Below are positions 27,406-42,619 of a stretch of 64,000 nucleotides of DNA, piece after piece. The notes under the pieces are model-generated. The model was not told the origin of the DNA. It was given only the letters and a program-made list of their open reading frames with translations, and ran no database searches. Source of the stretch: the human T2T-CHM13v2.0 reference genome, Homo sapiens; NCBI RefSeq assembly GCF_009914755.1, contig NC_060932.1. One strand, given 5' to 3'. Position numbers and translations under genes: made by a program. The stretch's first letter is position 1; every line of letters begins with the position of its first letter.

Positions 27406-28626
27406 TCTAGTGCTCTACCATGGTCCCCTTGACCCCTGGGTCTCCCTTATTCTTGGCAACTTCACACCTGTAGGATATCCAGGTCTGAAACAAAAATGGA
27501 GAGCATTCAGCTAGACTACGTGCCTTTGCCTGTCGTTATTTTAACTTATGAGGGAAACAAAGCCCTGAGCAAAAATTCACCAGACCAAGACACTAATAGT
27601 AAGTCCAACGCATGAGAACGGTGTGTGTCTCAAAGGGGTTCTCTCAGTAACAAACACCAGAGGCCCCACTTCTGGACTTAGGTAGCTTGTTCTGTGTTAT
27701 TCCGAACTCTGCACTGGACTTTTCCTGACTTGAGATTCCTGGTTACTCTGTAAGCGTGGGATGATGATGATACCTTAGATTGGTGTAACACTTTTGTAGC
27801 TCATGAAATGCTTTCATATGCATTAATTGCGTATTAAATCTTCATGGGAACTCCATGTATTATGATGTCTGTTTTACATTTCAAAGATGAGAAAACTAAG
27901 CCTCCATGAGGCCAAATTATTTGCTTAATTCAGGTCATTCAGGGCCCAGTAGGTTTGATTCCATAATTTCATGCTTTCTCCCCATAAACATTGGAGCTAA
28001 TGGTAACTACTAAATTATTGCTACCAATGACTTCGTATAGATGCAGACTCGGCTGTAATTTGATTGATATTGGGAATCTTTTAGCCTTGACTAGTAGATC
28101 TCTGATGATGGTCAGTAATTAATGTAGGAGCCCCAAGACATGCCCTCAGGAACACACCAAACGTTTCAACAATGAAGTGCTGGGAAACTGTGCCAAGGGC
28201 ATTGGCACTGTAGCTAGAATATTTGATTTGGACGAATCGCTTAACCTCTCTGAGTCTCGACTTCCTTGTCAGCACAGCAGTTATAATAAAAACGCCAAAA
28301 AGGTACGCTATAAAGATTACATTATACACGTGTGTGCACACACATGTGCGTACACACAGGCTTTAACTATAAAGTGTGCTGATACTTAGTTTCTCTACTC
28401 ATTCTCTCTGTCCCAGCCGGACAGGCCAGGAATTCAATACATGTGAGCCTTCAATCTTGGCTTGAAGCCAATGATAGGAGACATCCAAAGACATGTGATA
28501 CACTGAGCCTGCTCTTGGAGAACTCACCCAAACACTGAAAACACAGGATAGAAAGTGTTAGGTGCCATGGGAGGGGCACAGACAAGTGCTTTGGTTTAAT
28601 GGAGACAGTATATCTAACTGGATGTT

Positions 28627-28989
28627 TGTATTAGTCTGTTTTCATGCTGCTGGTAAAGACATACCCAAGACTGGGCAACTTACAAAATAAAGAGGTTTAT
28701 CCTACTTACAGTTCCACATGGCTGGGGAAGCCTCAAAATCACAGTGGGAGGCAAGGAGGAGCAAGTCACATCTTACATGGATGGCGGCGGCAGCAGGCAA
28801 AGAGAGGAGTGCTTGTGCAGGGAAACTCCCCTTTTTATAACCATGAGATCTCGTGAGACTTATTCACTATCATGAGAACAGCACCAGAAAGACCTGCCCC
28901 CATGATTCAATTACCTCCCACCAGGTCCCTCCCACAACACATGGGAATTCAAGATGAGATCTGGGTGGGGATACAGTCAAACCATATCA
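28627..28989 (-). mobile_element. THE1 solo LTR with perfect 5-bp TSD (atgtt)
   Basis: tgtattagtc...aaaccatatca termini; atgtt at 28622-28626 and 28990-28994. Confidence 0.93.
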
Positions 28990-29384
28990 ATGTTGAAAAA
29001 CGGGAACTACTTAGACACACACAGGTAGAGGTAAGAGTGCTTCAGATGTTGAAAATGACGAGCACCGTAACACAGGAAGAAGATCCTAGAATGGACAGGA
29101 TGGCTTAGATTAAATAAGCCACACCATTCCTGCTGGCAGACACGGTGCCCAGTGCCCACAGTATCAGAACCCCATAGCTCCCTCTGACATGCCTGCACCA
29201 AGAAGCTCCCTCCAGCTGAGGGGTACCCTTACCCAATTAGTTGTGACTGTTCCCAAACTGGTTTAGGCCAATTGCACTTTATCTTCTAATTAGAAATTTT
29301 AATTAAATGTCACACATACAGAAATAAAAGCAGAAGAAGAAATACAGCTTTGTTTCTATTAAAATTAATATTTAATTTTGTTTT

Positions 29385-29888
29385 AAAAAAAGAACAAAAC
29401 TGTCATTTAAGATAACATAGATAAGCTTAGATGACATTTTATGAACTGAAACAATCCAGGCATAGGAAGATAAATACCGCATGTTCTCTCTCATACGTGG
29501 AAGCTGAAAAAGTTGATCTTATAGAAGTAGAGAGTAGAGTGGTTACCAGAGGCGGGGAAGGAGCGGGGGGAAGGGGATATAGGGAGAGACTGGTTAACAG
29601 GTACAAAATACATTGAGATGGGGGGAATAAGTTCCAGTATTCCAGAACCCTACAGACTGACTATAATTAACAATCATTTATTGTATATTTTCAGACAGCT
29701 AGAAGAGCAGCTTTTGAAGGTTCCCAACACAAAGAAATGATAAACGTCTGAGGTGATGGATATGCTAATTACTCTGATTTGATCATTACACATTGTATAC
29801 ATGTATGGAAACATCACCCTGTACTCCATAAATAGGTACCATTTTTAGGTGTCAAATGAAAATAACAAAACCAAAAAATAAAAAATAA
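29385..29888 (+). mobile_element. L1MA 3' end
   Basis: aaagttgatcttatagaagtagagagtag...gaggtgatggatatgctaattactctgatttgatcattacacattg. Confidence 0.88.
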
Positions 29889-29977
29889 GGGAAATGCTTT
29901 AGAAAGCTTAATAAAAGAAAGTTGTTAAAAATACTGTCAAATTAAATGCAGGCAAGACTACTCCGTAAGATTGGGAA

Positions 29978-30203
29978 GGGTGGCTGTCAAGGGCTCGGAG
30001 AAGGCGGATGCAGAATTGGTGGTGAATGGTCACAGAGTTTTGGTTTTACAAGATGAAGAGAGCTCGAGGAGTGGATGGTGGTGATGACTGCACGACGAAG
30101 GGAATGGGCTCCATACTGCTGAACAACACACTTAAAAATGGCTGTTAGTAATTTTTATGTTATGTGTATTTTTCCAGCTTTTTTTTTTTTTTAAAGAAAA
30201 AAA
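29978..30203 (+). mobile_element. L1MB 3' end
   Basis: caagatgaagagagctcgaggagtggatggtggtgatg...cacttaaaaatgg; TSD aagattggg(a/g)agg. Confidence 0.8.
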
Positions 30204-30311
30204 GATTGGGGAGGAAGTCATGAAAATCTAGATAAATTCTTTGTTCAAGTTGCTACACGAATGTCTTTAAATTCTCACTAGATTTTGAAGATGCAAAACT
30301 AGAGATCATTT

Positions 30312-30565
30312 GATAATAATAGTGGCAAACAGTGCTTGTTCTGGATGAGGCACAACTATAAGTGGTTTACATATACTAACTCAACTAATTCTCCCATCAA
30401 GCCAATAAGAGCTATTTTCATTATATCCATTTTACAGATGAGGACAGTTAGGCACAGAGAGGTTACATGGCACAGCCACCATCACACCACCACTGAGGGG
30501 CAGAGTCAGAACCCAGACCTCCATAATGTAGCTCCAGAATCTTCACTCCTACCTCCACACTGTGC
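30312..30565 (-). mobile_element. MIR
   Basis: tccattttacagatgaggacagttaggcacagagaggtta core. Confidence 0.8.
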
Positions 30566-30725
30566 TAAAGAAGGAAGATGAGGAGCCACTCCAAGTAGGG
30601 AGGGGACTCTAGGTCAAAGGAGAGATAATGGACATGAATCCAATGTTTGGCACAATAACGTACATTTATTTAAGTTTTCTTTTTTAAAGGTTTCTGTAAA
30701 CCTTTTCAAAAAATGATTCATTCCG

Positions 30726-31065
<340 letters not shown>

Positions 31066-31099
31066 TTAACCAATTATCCCTCAAGAAAAGCAGAAAAGC

Positions 31100-31812
<713 letters not shown>

Positions 31813-32077
31813 AAAAGCAGTAGATAGGACATTTCTTCTATAGTTCACCCTAACTGGACAACACGAAGCAGCTTTAGTTGCTGGATAGGAGCACAATACT
31901 CCTAATAAATATGAAGAGGGTTCTGAAGGCAGCTAAAAATGATGTGCAATTTTTATATGACACAATGCAGGATCCACCGTGTGATACTGAAATCTAAGAG
32001 AACGTCTGAATGCATCTTGCATGGTGTATTGGAATGGTAACTTCTGCAACAAACCTTTCCCCAGCAAAGAGAAGGGT

Positions 32078-32098
32078 GAGAGAGAGAGAGAGAGAGAG

Positions 32099-32147
<49 letters not shown>
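32078..32147. repeat. Compound (GA)12(GT)23 microsatellite
   Basis: Read directly. Confidence 0.97.
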
Positions 32148-32150
<3 letters not shown>

Positions 32151-34094
32151 GTGAATATATGCAATATGATGTGTCTGCACCTATCATCTGAACTGGCTGG
32201 GCTTTTAGGAAAGTCTTTTGGACCAGGTTTAAGGAAGCTCTTGAAGTTAAGAATGGAATTTTCATCTCTTTAATCTTCAAAAGCAGTCTGCAACACTATG
32301 CATTTTCTAAGGGTTAGGACTGGTCTCTAAATTTGGGGGGTTTTTCTGGAGGGAGGTGGAAGGAGGCTAATTACATGCAAATCTTTTCCTCAACACAGTA
32401 TATAGAGGAGAGCTGATGAAGTAACCTGCTTTTCAATGTTTTTGATGGAGAATTCTGAATTCCAGGATCAAGAATACAGATTTGGTGTCAAGAAGGTGCA
32501 CTGATAAGAGTGGAAGGTATATTTTCAAGATTACTTAGCAGCCCTGTGTTGGACACTTGGTAGTGATAAGGTCTGGAGGTATACTGAATACAAGGGCATC
32601 CCCACTCTTCCTGCTTTATGCTCAGCTCATATCGCCACCACTCACTGATCAGAGAACAGACGAGAAGGTAATGGTATCTTTGCATCAAGCACAGTGCCAC
32701 TATGGCTGCTCTGTCACCGGAGGCTACAGAGATAATAGGGCTGGACACCAAGGGGACACAGAATGGACACCTGTCCCCACAATGTCGACTATGCTGGCAA
32801 ATATGGCTTTGCTAGGTTTGCAGATAACAGAAAACATCTGGATCAATGACTTTTGTAGCTTTCATCTTGGCAGATATCCATTATGGAGGTCAGTATAAAT
32901 TATATTTCTGGGCAATCAAAATAGCTTGATGAAAATAAGTTCAAAGTGACTTTCCAAATATAAATTCCAAGCTGCAGATAAATTAGTAATGATTTCTGCA
33001 CTGTGTTCTCTATCTTGGCCCTTCTGCAAATTATGGACGATCCTACCTTTGTCAGGCACTTACTGTAGAGGCTGGTGAGAGGAGAATGTTTATAAAACTT
33101 GTTGGCTTTTGTGGATGAAAGGTTTTTGATTAGTACAAATTATAAATTATTACTATTCATTAGAAAGGACAAATGAATTATTTCAGCTCCCAATGCATCT
33201 CTGCCATCCACACACTATTGTACGTGGGGGGAGAGTCTGGAAGAACCCACCCTGTTCCCAGCACTGCTATTACACAAAACTATAACCCTCCACCTTCGAA
33301 AGAACACTTCAGAGCACCCTGAAAAACCTGCAAAGTAAGCCCCGTATTTCTTTGTCCCTTTATCTAAAAAGCAGGGAAAAAATATAATTAGAAACGTGGC
33401 TAAGAAGCCGTCACTATTGTGCTTGGTGATAAGCTTCAGATGTTTGGATCCCAGCTCGATAATAGCCTTCGTCTTGATCAGCGCCCCTTTACAAAGCAGG
33501 CTGCTACTTCACAGACAGGGTGGGGTCAAGGTTTCTGGCAAAGAGAATAAAGTAAAATTCCCCACAGAGGAGCCACTCCATAGAACCCGGTCATTGTGTA
33601 GATTTGATACCATTTTCCCCTGTAGCACATGCCGGAAATCGTCTCTGAAAGACCATTTCTTATCGATAGCATTTTTCTAAGTTGTGTTATATGCGGTGTA
33701 CTGGCTCCTATGTTCACTGCACTTGCATTGTTTCAGGATTCTGCTTTTGCAAAATCATACTGTCTAGGTCGGGTGTGCTTGTTAGTAAGCACCGCCGCAT
33801 TGTCAAGGCTGTGCCATCCCAGTGGGTTTATAGATGATTACCTATGAGGGTGGGAACTGGAAAATTATGTTCATGTCAGCCTTCTCCATTCATTTTCATT
33901 AAATCAATCCTTTTTGATAAATAATCCAAACTTTGTTATTCGACATTTCCAACGATGGGGAGAAGTCCAGGAGAATGGCAGAGAGGGAGAGGTGAGAGAG
34001 AGTAAGAATCAGCACAAACAAATTTAAAGTAAGTAGTTTAGAGCTATCATAATTTATTGGTGATTTTGGTAGAAAATGCTTTTTTCTCTGGTAA

Positions 34095-34730
34095 CAACCA
34101 GCTTTACTGAGATGAAATTCACATACTATACAATCCACCTATTTAAATATAACTCAGTGGTTTTTAGTATATTCACAGTTGGGTAATCATTACCACAATC
34201 AATTTTAAAACATTTTTATCACTCCAAAAACAGACTCCATACACTTTAGCTCTCATTCCCAAACCCACCATCTCCCCCGTCCAAGCTAATGACTAATGTG
34301 TCTTATTTCTGTCTCTACAGCTTTCCCTATTCTGGACATTTCAAATAAATAGAATCATACACTCTATGGTTTTTTGCGAGTGGATTCTTTCATGTAGCAC
34401 ATTTTCAATATCGACCATGTTGTTGTGTGCATTAGTAGTTCACGCTGTTGTACGTGTATACCTTATTTTATTTACCCATTCACACGCTGATGCGCGTTTG
34501 GGTTGTTTCCACTTTATGGCTATTATGAATAGTCAAATAATGCTGCTATAAATATTTGTGTACAGGCTTTTGTATGGACACAGGTTGTCATGACTCTTGG
34601 GTATATACCTAAGAGTAGAATTGCTGAGTCATAGACTAACCCTATGTTTAACCTTTTAAGGAACTGCCACACTGGTTTCCAAAGTGACTACACGATTTTC
34701 CCTTCATACCAGCAGTGTATGAGGGTTACA
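34095..34730 (-). mobile_element. L1MB-type 3' end
   Basis: cagctttactgagatgaaattcacatac...tctggacatttcaaataaatagaatcatac...gggtatatacctaagagtagaattgctg. Confidence 0.85.
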
Positions 34731-34759
34731 AATATTTTTTAAGTTGTCTAGCTTAAGAC

Positions 34760-35390
34760 TATTAGACATCACTATCAAAAAGGTAACTTTAAATAACTCA
34801 AACAGGAAAAATCACAATTACAATGTTAAAATCTTTAAAATGAATTATAATGGAGATGCTACTATCAAAACGATTGGGATACAGCAATAGAAATTTATAA
34901 CTTGAATTGAATTAATTATTAGAAAGGAGCAAAAAGTAAAAAATATCAACAAAATAAGTTAAAAAGAGAATGACAACTATACGAAGGTATTTGAAGGATG
35001 GAACTAAAAGAGGGGGGCAAAAGTTAATGAAGCATAGAACACTTTATAGAAAGGTTCACGAAGGCAAAAAAATTGATCAGAAAAAAAAAGAAAGCACAAA
35101 TAAATTATATCACAAATAAAAGGGGGCCATAACTACAGATTCAGTAAAGCCTAAAAAGATAAGAAAAACACTGCAAAAACTTCACGTCAAAAATTTCTTA
35201 GAAAAATATAACTTCCCAAAGTTGGCCCAGAAAGAAGAAAAAGCAAGGCTGCACTATCTTTAATAACTATTTTAGAAAATGGATTGTAAGTTAAAAACAT
35301 GTTTTCCAAAAGGAAAATATCAGGCCTAGTTGTCTTTAGAGGTAAATTCAACAGAATATCCAAGAAACAGATTTGCCACATTTAATGCAC
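34760..35390 (+). mobile_element. Old L1M ORF2 fragment
   Basis: gcacaaataaattatatcacaaataaaagggggccataactacagat...aaatttcttagaaaaatataactt. Confidence 0.65.
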
Positions 35391-36599
35391 ACTGAGTCAT
35401 AGATATTTGAAATAGCTCCAGAAGCACACTCAGGATTACATCATACATATATACATATTCATGGCCTATATGAAGTCAGTGATGGCATAATGGATGCTAA
35501 ACATAGCACAGGACTCAAAAGAAGAGCAGCATGGACGCTACATTCAGGTGTCAGACGTTGCTCAATAGCTCACAAAATATCTTGTGCCTTCTAGGTATTA
35601 GCTTCAACCAAATGAAACTGTTAATACTCAACCATTTTTTAACTACTTAAATGGCAATTTTGTGCATTTCAACCTTGCGAGGGGTGGGGATGCATATGGG
35701 GAAAAAAGTTTTTGATATAACGGGAGAGTCAGAGACGTAAACCAGTCATACAGAGAAGGCGTGTGGGGGGTAGGGTGGGAGGATGACAATCAAACTCAAA
35801 CTTGTAGGATCAGAAAACGCTGCCCCAAAGATGAGATGCCAAAGGGAGTTGTTATCTCTTAGACAAAGTTGAGTTGTCAAAGGGAATTAGCTTTGATATT
35901 GCTGATTTCTTAAAACTCTGAGAATGTGTTTCTAAAATCAATGTCCAAACTCCACCCTATTTTCACCCATTACATATGTCTGGAGAGTCAGCTACTCTGT
36001 ATTAATTAATTTCCTTAACAAAGTTATGCTGAGTGGCTACATGGAAGACACGCAATGCACGCTTTAATCATCACCCCACCGAACAAGGTAAGAATTACAT
36101 TCCCTACTTTTACTAATGAAGAGACAGAGGCTCCAGCAGATACGCAAGATCATGCAGCCATTTAGTAGCAGAGCCTGGTAAAAATTATGGTAGGAAACAA
36201 CAAGAAAACAACTGCATGATGCCCAGATAATCAATGACCTAAATGACCTTTGTAAAAATAACCATCACGGGGCAATTTTTTTTCAATTCTACTGTAAGGC
36301 AAAAATCTATTCCAGTTACTAGGCATGCTCAATGAGACTAGCAGAACTGTCCTGACTACCACCTACATGGTGCCAGTAAGACTTACAGCTCCAAAAATCT
36401 TTGAAAGACCAAGCCACAAGTCAAATTAGTCTGACGGGAATGTAGAGATGCCCAGGTCCTTTGAAATCAACTTTAAAAGACTGTCTAAAACTTCTGAAGT
36501 TCAGTAAAGGGCTGTACTCACAAATACTAACCATTTCTGCCCTTTCTTCTAGGAGTTACCATGTCACCACAGGGAGGTAGAGCTCTATCTCTCATCTCT

Positions 36600-36945
36600 A
36601 AAAATTCCATTTCCTAGGTTCTCTCACAGTTAGTGTGGCCATGCAGGTGAGGTCTCCCAAGAATGTGAGCAGACGTGAGGTGCACCATAGCTGAGCCAAG
36701 GCCTACAGGCCATAGGTGTGCCCACTCCATGTGCTCTCCGTCCATCTGATGGGCTGGATGTAGATTTCAATGGGGTTATGGGAGATAGCAGAGCCACAGA
36801 AGGAAAGCTGTATGACCCCCTGAATTGCCACGTGAGGAAAGCCACCCACCGAAGTGTGTTTTTGGTTGTTACATGAACAAGAAGTCAACCTGTGCATGTG
36901 CGAGCCACGGTACATTTGCTGGATCTACTTGTGATGGCAGGTGGT
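36600..36945 (+). mobile_element. MLT1-type LTR
   Basis: gcagagccacagaaggaaag...ctgaattgccacgtgagg...acatgaacaagaagtcaacct. Confidence 0.55.
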
Positions 36946-37374
36946 CCAATTCCACAGTGACAGAACCAGGTCAAGAGCAAGTATGCTGCCTCTTGTGTTG
37001 TAAAGGGATTTATGCAGCAGATGGCCCAGACAGAGACCCGAAGGTACTCCAGAATTCCTTCTACTCAGACCAAGTGGCAACCCCACCCCTGCTGTACCCA
37101 GCTGTGAAACCCAGGCTCTTCTCAGTCCAGAAGAACCACCACAAATCATTTCTGAAAATGATATCTGTAGAATAAATAAATAAATGCCTCAAGTGATAAT
37201 AAAGTGTTTAACAAGACAGGGAGCATCGACATTACAGGAGATATCAAAATATTGGGCAAAATGAAGGGAAAAAATGGAAAGAGGTTTACAACTTGCCCCT
37301 GCTGTAATAACAGGTACTACTCCTACAATTCCTTCATAGGTATTTTTATTGCCTATGTAAAGAGTTGTTTTTCT

Positions 37375-37505
37375 TAATTTGTTTTTACTGATAAATAAAA
37401 ATTGTATATATTTATGATATACAACATGAACTTTTCAAATATGTATACATTGTTGAAGGGCTAAATCAAGCTAATGAGCATATGCATTACCTCCCATACT
37501 TATTA
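37375..37505 (-). mobile_element. L1MA 3' terminal fragment
   Basis: aaaattgtatatatttatgatatacaacatg...ggctaaatcaagctaat...catatgcattacctcccatactt. Confidence 0.8.
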
Positions 37506-40364
37506 TAAAGAGATCTGAATACAAAAAATTATAAGCTAATAAGTAGCCAAAGAACCGTAAATTAGATAGCCATTTATTTTTAAGAAAGATGATAAGCAGT
37601 TAAGTATATACAATGACATTGGGTTATTTGAGGCTCTTTGACTTCCAGAAATAATCTGATTTGACCCAAATATCAGTACATTTTGCCACTTATACTACCT
37701 ACTCCATACAGAGAAAAAGCAAGACGACTGTATTGGAACCAGACCCAGTGAAACACACTTTGTAAATGGGGGTAGGAAACATCAGAAGTTGGAAATACAG
37801 AATAGAACTAGAAGGGATTTTAGAAAGTTTCCTCCTCAATTTCCTAATCTTAGAAATATGGAAAGAGGCATAAACAGGGTGAGTGACCTTCCCAAGAAAA
37901 CACAGCGCTTTGGTGAGAGAAAGTGGAGTAGCTCCAGGGTTACTGACTCCTAGAGCTGTGTTCTTTGGCTCTGATAATAAAGAAGGAAGATCAGATTTAA
38001 CCTCAGAAAAATACCTGGACATGTACTTTCATTAGCTAAATTATTGTAAGGAGAAAAAGATACGAGACTTAGATTATTACTGTCTTAAGTTTGCCAGGAT
38101 AAATTTTATAAGAATAATGTCATTGAGCTTAAAAATTATTAAGGACATTTTTAAAACACGTCCTAATTCCTTCCACTATAATCCACTGCTGTTATTATTA
38201 AAATCTAGGTCTCAAGTAATGAGGTATATACTTTCTTATTTAGAAAAGCTAACAGATTATTTATAATTATCTTAATGGTAATACACATTCAATTACACAG
38301 AGAAAAAAAATCAAATCCATTTAATTCTACCTTTCTTAACCCTGAAGGATATTTCTTCCAGATTTCACCAGCTGACACAATTCAGATGAAAAAAAGATCC
38401 TTTCTTTATTACTTAAAGGGAACGATAAATCATATGTAGACCTCGGGGAGGTGGGGTCAAAGTGGAGGAGGGAAGGAGGATTCATTTGCTTATTAGTTTT
38501 ACATAAAAAATTAAGAATAACAAGCAGATCTAAATCTGCCCCCACAATTGAAGCTGCATATCAGTTGCTCCTGAAACATTAAAGACTTCTCTTAGAAACT
38601 GCAATCAACCTAACTTTCTGTTGTCTTGCAGACACGCATGCTGCTCCAAATGATGAGATGTTATTAATAAAGGACGAGATGGCTACAAATTAAAGCAAGC
38701 CCTGCTTAATCACATTAATCCAGAGCAAGTCAAAGGCTTCAATTTTCGAAATAATTTTGGGCTTAATGCCTTGGAGATGGGCAGACTGCTCCATTGAGGC
38801 AGCAGCTGGTCCAATTTAAGCTGCATTGTGAGGCCGGAATTGTCAGGTCCTTACAGAAACAAGAAAGCCTGACAGTTTTCAGGATGCAACCAAAACTGCT
38901 GAGACAAAGGAAATTGCAAGAAACTGAAAGGGCCCTGTAACAATTACAAGGCAGCCCACTGTTGGGTGGATTATATATGATTAACCAACTCTCGCTGGGT
39001 GGCGTGCACTTACTGCGACCATGTGCTCGGCCACTGAGCCCCAAACAGCTGCTCCAGGAGGCACAGTCAGGGAGCCACTGCTCTGGACTGCTGATTAGAG
39101 AAAGGTAACTTGTCTATAAAGAAACAGAGTAGCCACCACCACGGAGGTCACCCTACATGTGTCGCCTGTTTCCCCCACAGTAACGACCGCTGCAGTGACC
39201 ACCAGGAAGCCCAGACATGGAGCGAGAGGCCTGCCCAGGCACCAGTGTGTAAACACCAGCCAGTGTTGGAGCAACAGAAGGAACTTAAACCCCCAGTACC
39301 AGAGGACAGGTTTTCAGCAGTGCGATTTCACTTTTCATGAGCAATTAATGATTTTCTATGGAACAAAACTAAAAAAGTAGGTTAAAAACAAACGAGTTCC
39401 AGATTGTGGGTCAAGAGGCGTCATTTCCAACCCTAGATGTGCAACTCTTTGTCTGTGTGATGTTGAGGAATCCATGTTAATCTCTGGGCCCTGCTTTTTT
39501 CATGGATTGTACTGAGGTTTCCTGTTTTGTGTCACACAGCTTATAAGTGACAGAGTCGACCGACTGCAAGTTTCTCATGGCATCTCCTTGTACTTACACA
39601 TTTCCTAATCCATTGGGAGATGCCAGTGCATAGTGGTGAAGGGCACAGACTCAGGTGTGAATCCTAGTTCCATCTCTTGCTTTTTACTATGACTGTTCCA
39701 ATTACTTCAAGCAGAACCTGAGAAAGAGAATTGGACTCTTTGCTACTTATTTCACCAATGAACAATAAAGAGGCTGTACAGAGGAAATGCTTCTTGTGCT
39801 TTCATTTCTGTTTCACAACTCCAATTCTTTAAAATTCCCATGTGTCAGAAAAGAAGATGCATCTACAAAATAGTAAAATCATACTGTGAACCCTTACACA
39901 AGGCTTGGACTAAGGAAATAAAACACGGGGAGTCATAGAAGACCCAGATAATCATTTAAGCTCTTCTGCTTAGAGAGCTGTTCCTTAAGATTTCTGAAAC
40001 TTCAAACTTGATCGTATGGAATTATCTTGCAATCACGGGGATGAAAACATGTTCTGTTTTCTCATTTCAATGCTTTGGTCATATGTGGTTTTATTCAGTA
40101 ACTTTGCTCACATTACTCTTATCTTCTTTGGCACATTATGAGAAATTTTCAGAAAAAAGGACACCTGGAATATGAAAGGCAGCAAATAAGAATTATTCTC
40201 ATATCTAAACTGATGAAAATAATGCACTTGCACGTCATGTCCTTGATTAATTCCAATATTAATATCATATATAGTCCTTGGAAGCCAACCAATAAACACT
40301 GTTCCAAATAATATTAGTTTAATTGAGTGAAATAACTTTACTGAGTTTTAAAGCAACTCAAAAG

Positions 40365-40665
40365 AAGATAGACGAATGGTTGGATGGACGGATAGACGGT
40401 TGGTTGGCTGAATGGGTGGGTAGATGGATGGTTGCTTGGTTGAACAGGTGAGTGGGTGGATGGGTGGATGGATGGATGAATGGTTAGATGAGTGGATGGA
40501 TAGATGGCTGAATGGATGATGGTGGATGGGTGAGTGGGTGGGTGTACAGATGGATGAGTGGATACATGGATAAATGGGCGGATGAGTAGATACATGGATG
40601 GATGGGTAGAGAGATGGATAATCAGGCATATGGATAACACATGGATACATAAATAAATGGGTAGG
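40365..40665. repeat. Degenerate (TGGA)n simple repeat
   Basis: About 300 bp of ggat/gggt/gaat units; source of the His/Pro/Ser-rich ORFs. Confidence 0.92.
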
Positions 40666-41129
40666 CTGACCTCTATATATACAGCACAACTCACTTTAGG
40701 TAACACAGGTATGTCTGAAAAGTCCATAACTTCTCCAGATTGGAATGGACCTTGGGAATCACCCACTTCTGCCTCCTATCCCAGCTGAACTTCCGCAAAA
40801 TGACTGAGGATCACCCTAGCCTCAGCTTCATCACTCTTAGTGTCAGGATAATGGTGACATTTGGAGTGAAGCATCCAAAACCCTCATGGGATGCCAACAT
40901 CTGCTTTCCCATAACTGTCCCTGGTCTTGGTCCCTCTGAGAAACACATACTAATGATGTCTTCCCTCCCTCAGGCAGCTGTTTTTCAAATATTTGAAAAC
41001 AATGGACCTGCTCCCCTGGCCCACCATACATACCCAAGCCTTTTACATACTGTCTGGAATTTAACTACACTAGCATGTTAGAAGTTTGAATGTAACAGGA
41101 GTTCCAGTTATTAACTCTGCTCCAAACCT

Positions 41130-41340
41130 ACCCTTCTTTCTCTGCTCTGTGATAATAGCACTGGGCCTTGTAAATTGCGTCCTTTGCCAGATGCCTTGAT
41201 GCTAACCCCTGTCAGTAGAGGGCGCCGGAGGGACACATGAGGAAGAAGGGGCTTCTCCCTTCCTGGTTCCCAGAGGCTTCCTTCACCAGGCCCCTGCAGG
41301 GTACAACTCTCTCCTATCCTCACCTCCTATAACGCAGCTG
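41130..41340 (-). mobile_element. LTR41/LTR33-like ERVL LTR fragment
   Basis: tttgccag...ctgtcagtagagggcgccggagggacac motif recalled from these families. Confidence 0.5.
41210..41228 (+). promoter_or_regulatory. Candidate CTCF motif
   Basis: tgtcagtagagggcgccgg closely matches the core CCASYAGRKGGCRS. Confidence 0.45.
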
Positions 41341-42619
41341 CCTCTCTCTAGGCTCAGGTAGACCTCTTAGGATAGCTGCTGCCTCATCCGCAGATAGGAA
41401 GCTGCCAAATCCCACTGTTGGCTCGAGGATCATAATGTAAGCCTCCAATTCTCTTTCTCAGGTTCTGCTTGAAGTAATTGGAATAGTTTGTGTTGCCTGA
41501 AAAGTAGCCCTAACAGTGTATTTATCGACTTCAGTTGAGAACACATTCACTGAGCCACAATAACATAACATAAACATAGCATAAGGTAAACAGTGTTGAT
41601 TTACTGAAAAGTTTTGATACAATTATAGAGAAAGAATGAGAAGAAGTGAGATGGTGGGAGGTTGCATAAGAAAGCTAACTTTCTATCACTGATAATTGTG
41701 ATATTAATAATTATCACTGTTCTCATGATTATAAAACTTACATGACTCTTATTACATACCAAGTACTTTATGAACAGTAATTCATTTAATCCTAAAAGAA
41801 TATTGTGGGATAGAAAACTATTTTCCCCATTTTACAAAAGATGAAATTACAGCACAGCAAAATCAGATAACTTATCCATAGTTGCACAACTACTAGGGGG
41901 TAGAAGTAACTAATGTCTAAGTGAATAAAGTAAGGAATAGAGGTATAAATGTGTTATTTCAAGATATGGATGCTACTAGAAGGAGCAGGTAAAATAATGT
42001 GGAATTCTGGGGAGCAGGTTTTAAGGTAGGGTAGAATAAGTTGGAAGAATACCATTTTTATTTTAAATGCTAATCGACTTAAATGCTAACAGATTAAACA
42101 ACTCACTATAACTTAGACTAAAACAAAATTCAAATAGTTCCTACTGAATGCTAATTTTATCATATCTGTAGTCTCAAATATGCATGTGAATAGCTTTTGT
42201 TTTCAGAATTATCTTACTAACTTTATTTTGCTGCTGTTACACGGTCTACTTTTTCACAAACCATCACTCTTCATGATTGCTTATACCAGTCTTAAAACCC
42301 ACCCTCTTACTAGTCATATTTAAATTTAGAATATTAAAACATGATACCTTCTAACTTGTGCAGTTTCTCCTAAATTTGCTACAGATGCTGTTATTCATCC
42401 ATTCATTCATTCACTTAAGAGATATTTACTTGATACCTGTTTTATGCCAGGTCCTAGGCTAGTGTCTAGTGATTGAAAGATGAATGTGACAAAAATTTCT
42501 CTCCCTCAAGAAATGTACAGCGTAGAATAAAAAAAATAAACACATAAATCTACATAGTATCGACATTTGGACGCTTTCCTGTAGAATTCGTTTGAGGGTA
42601 GTCTTAAAGCGCGAGTAAG

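Noticed and set aside
28326-28357. Short imperfect palindrome cacgtgtgtgcacacacatg
   Set aside because: Expected by-product of alternating purine-pyrimidine low-complexity sequence.
40338-40766. 142-aa His/Pro/Ser-rich ORF
   Set aside because: Translation of the (TCCA)n simple repeat.
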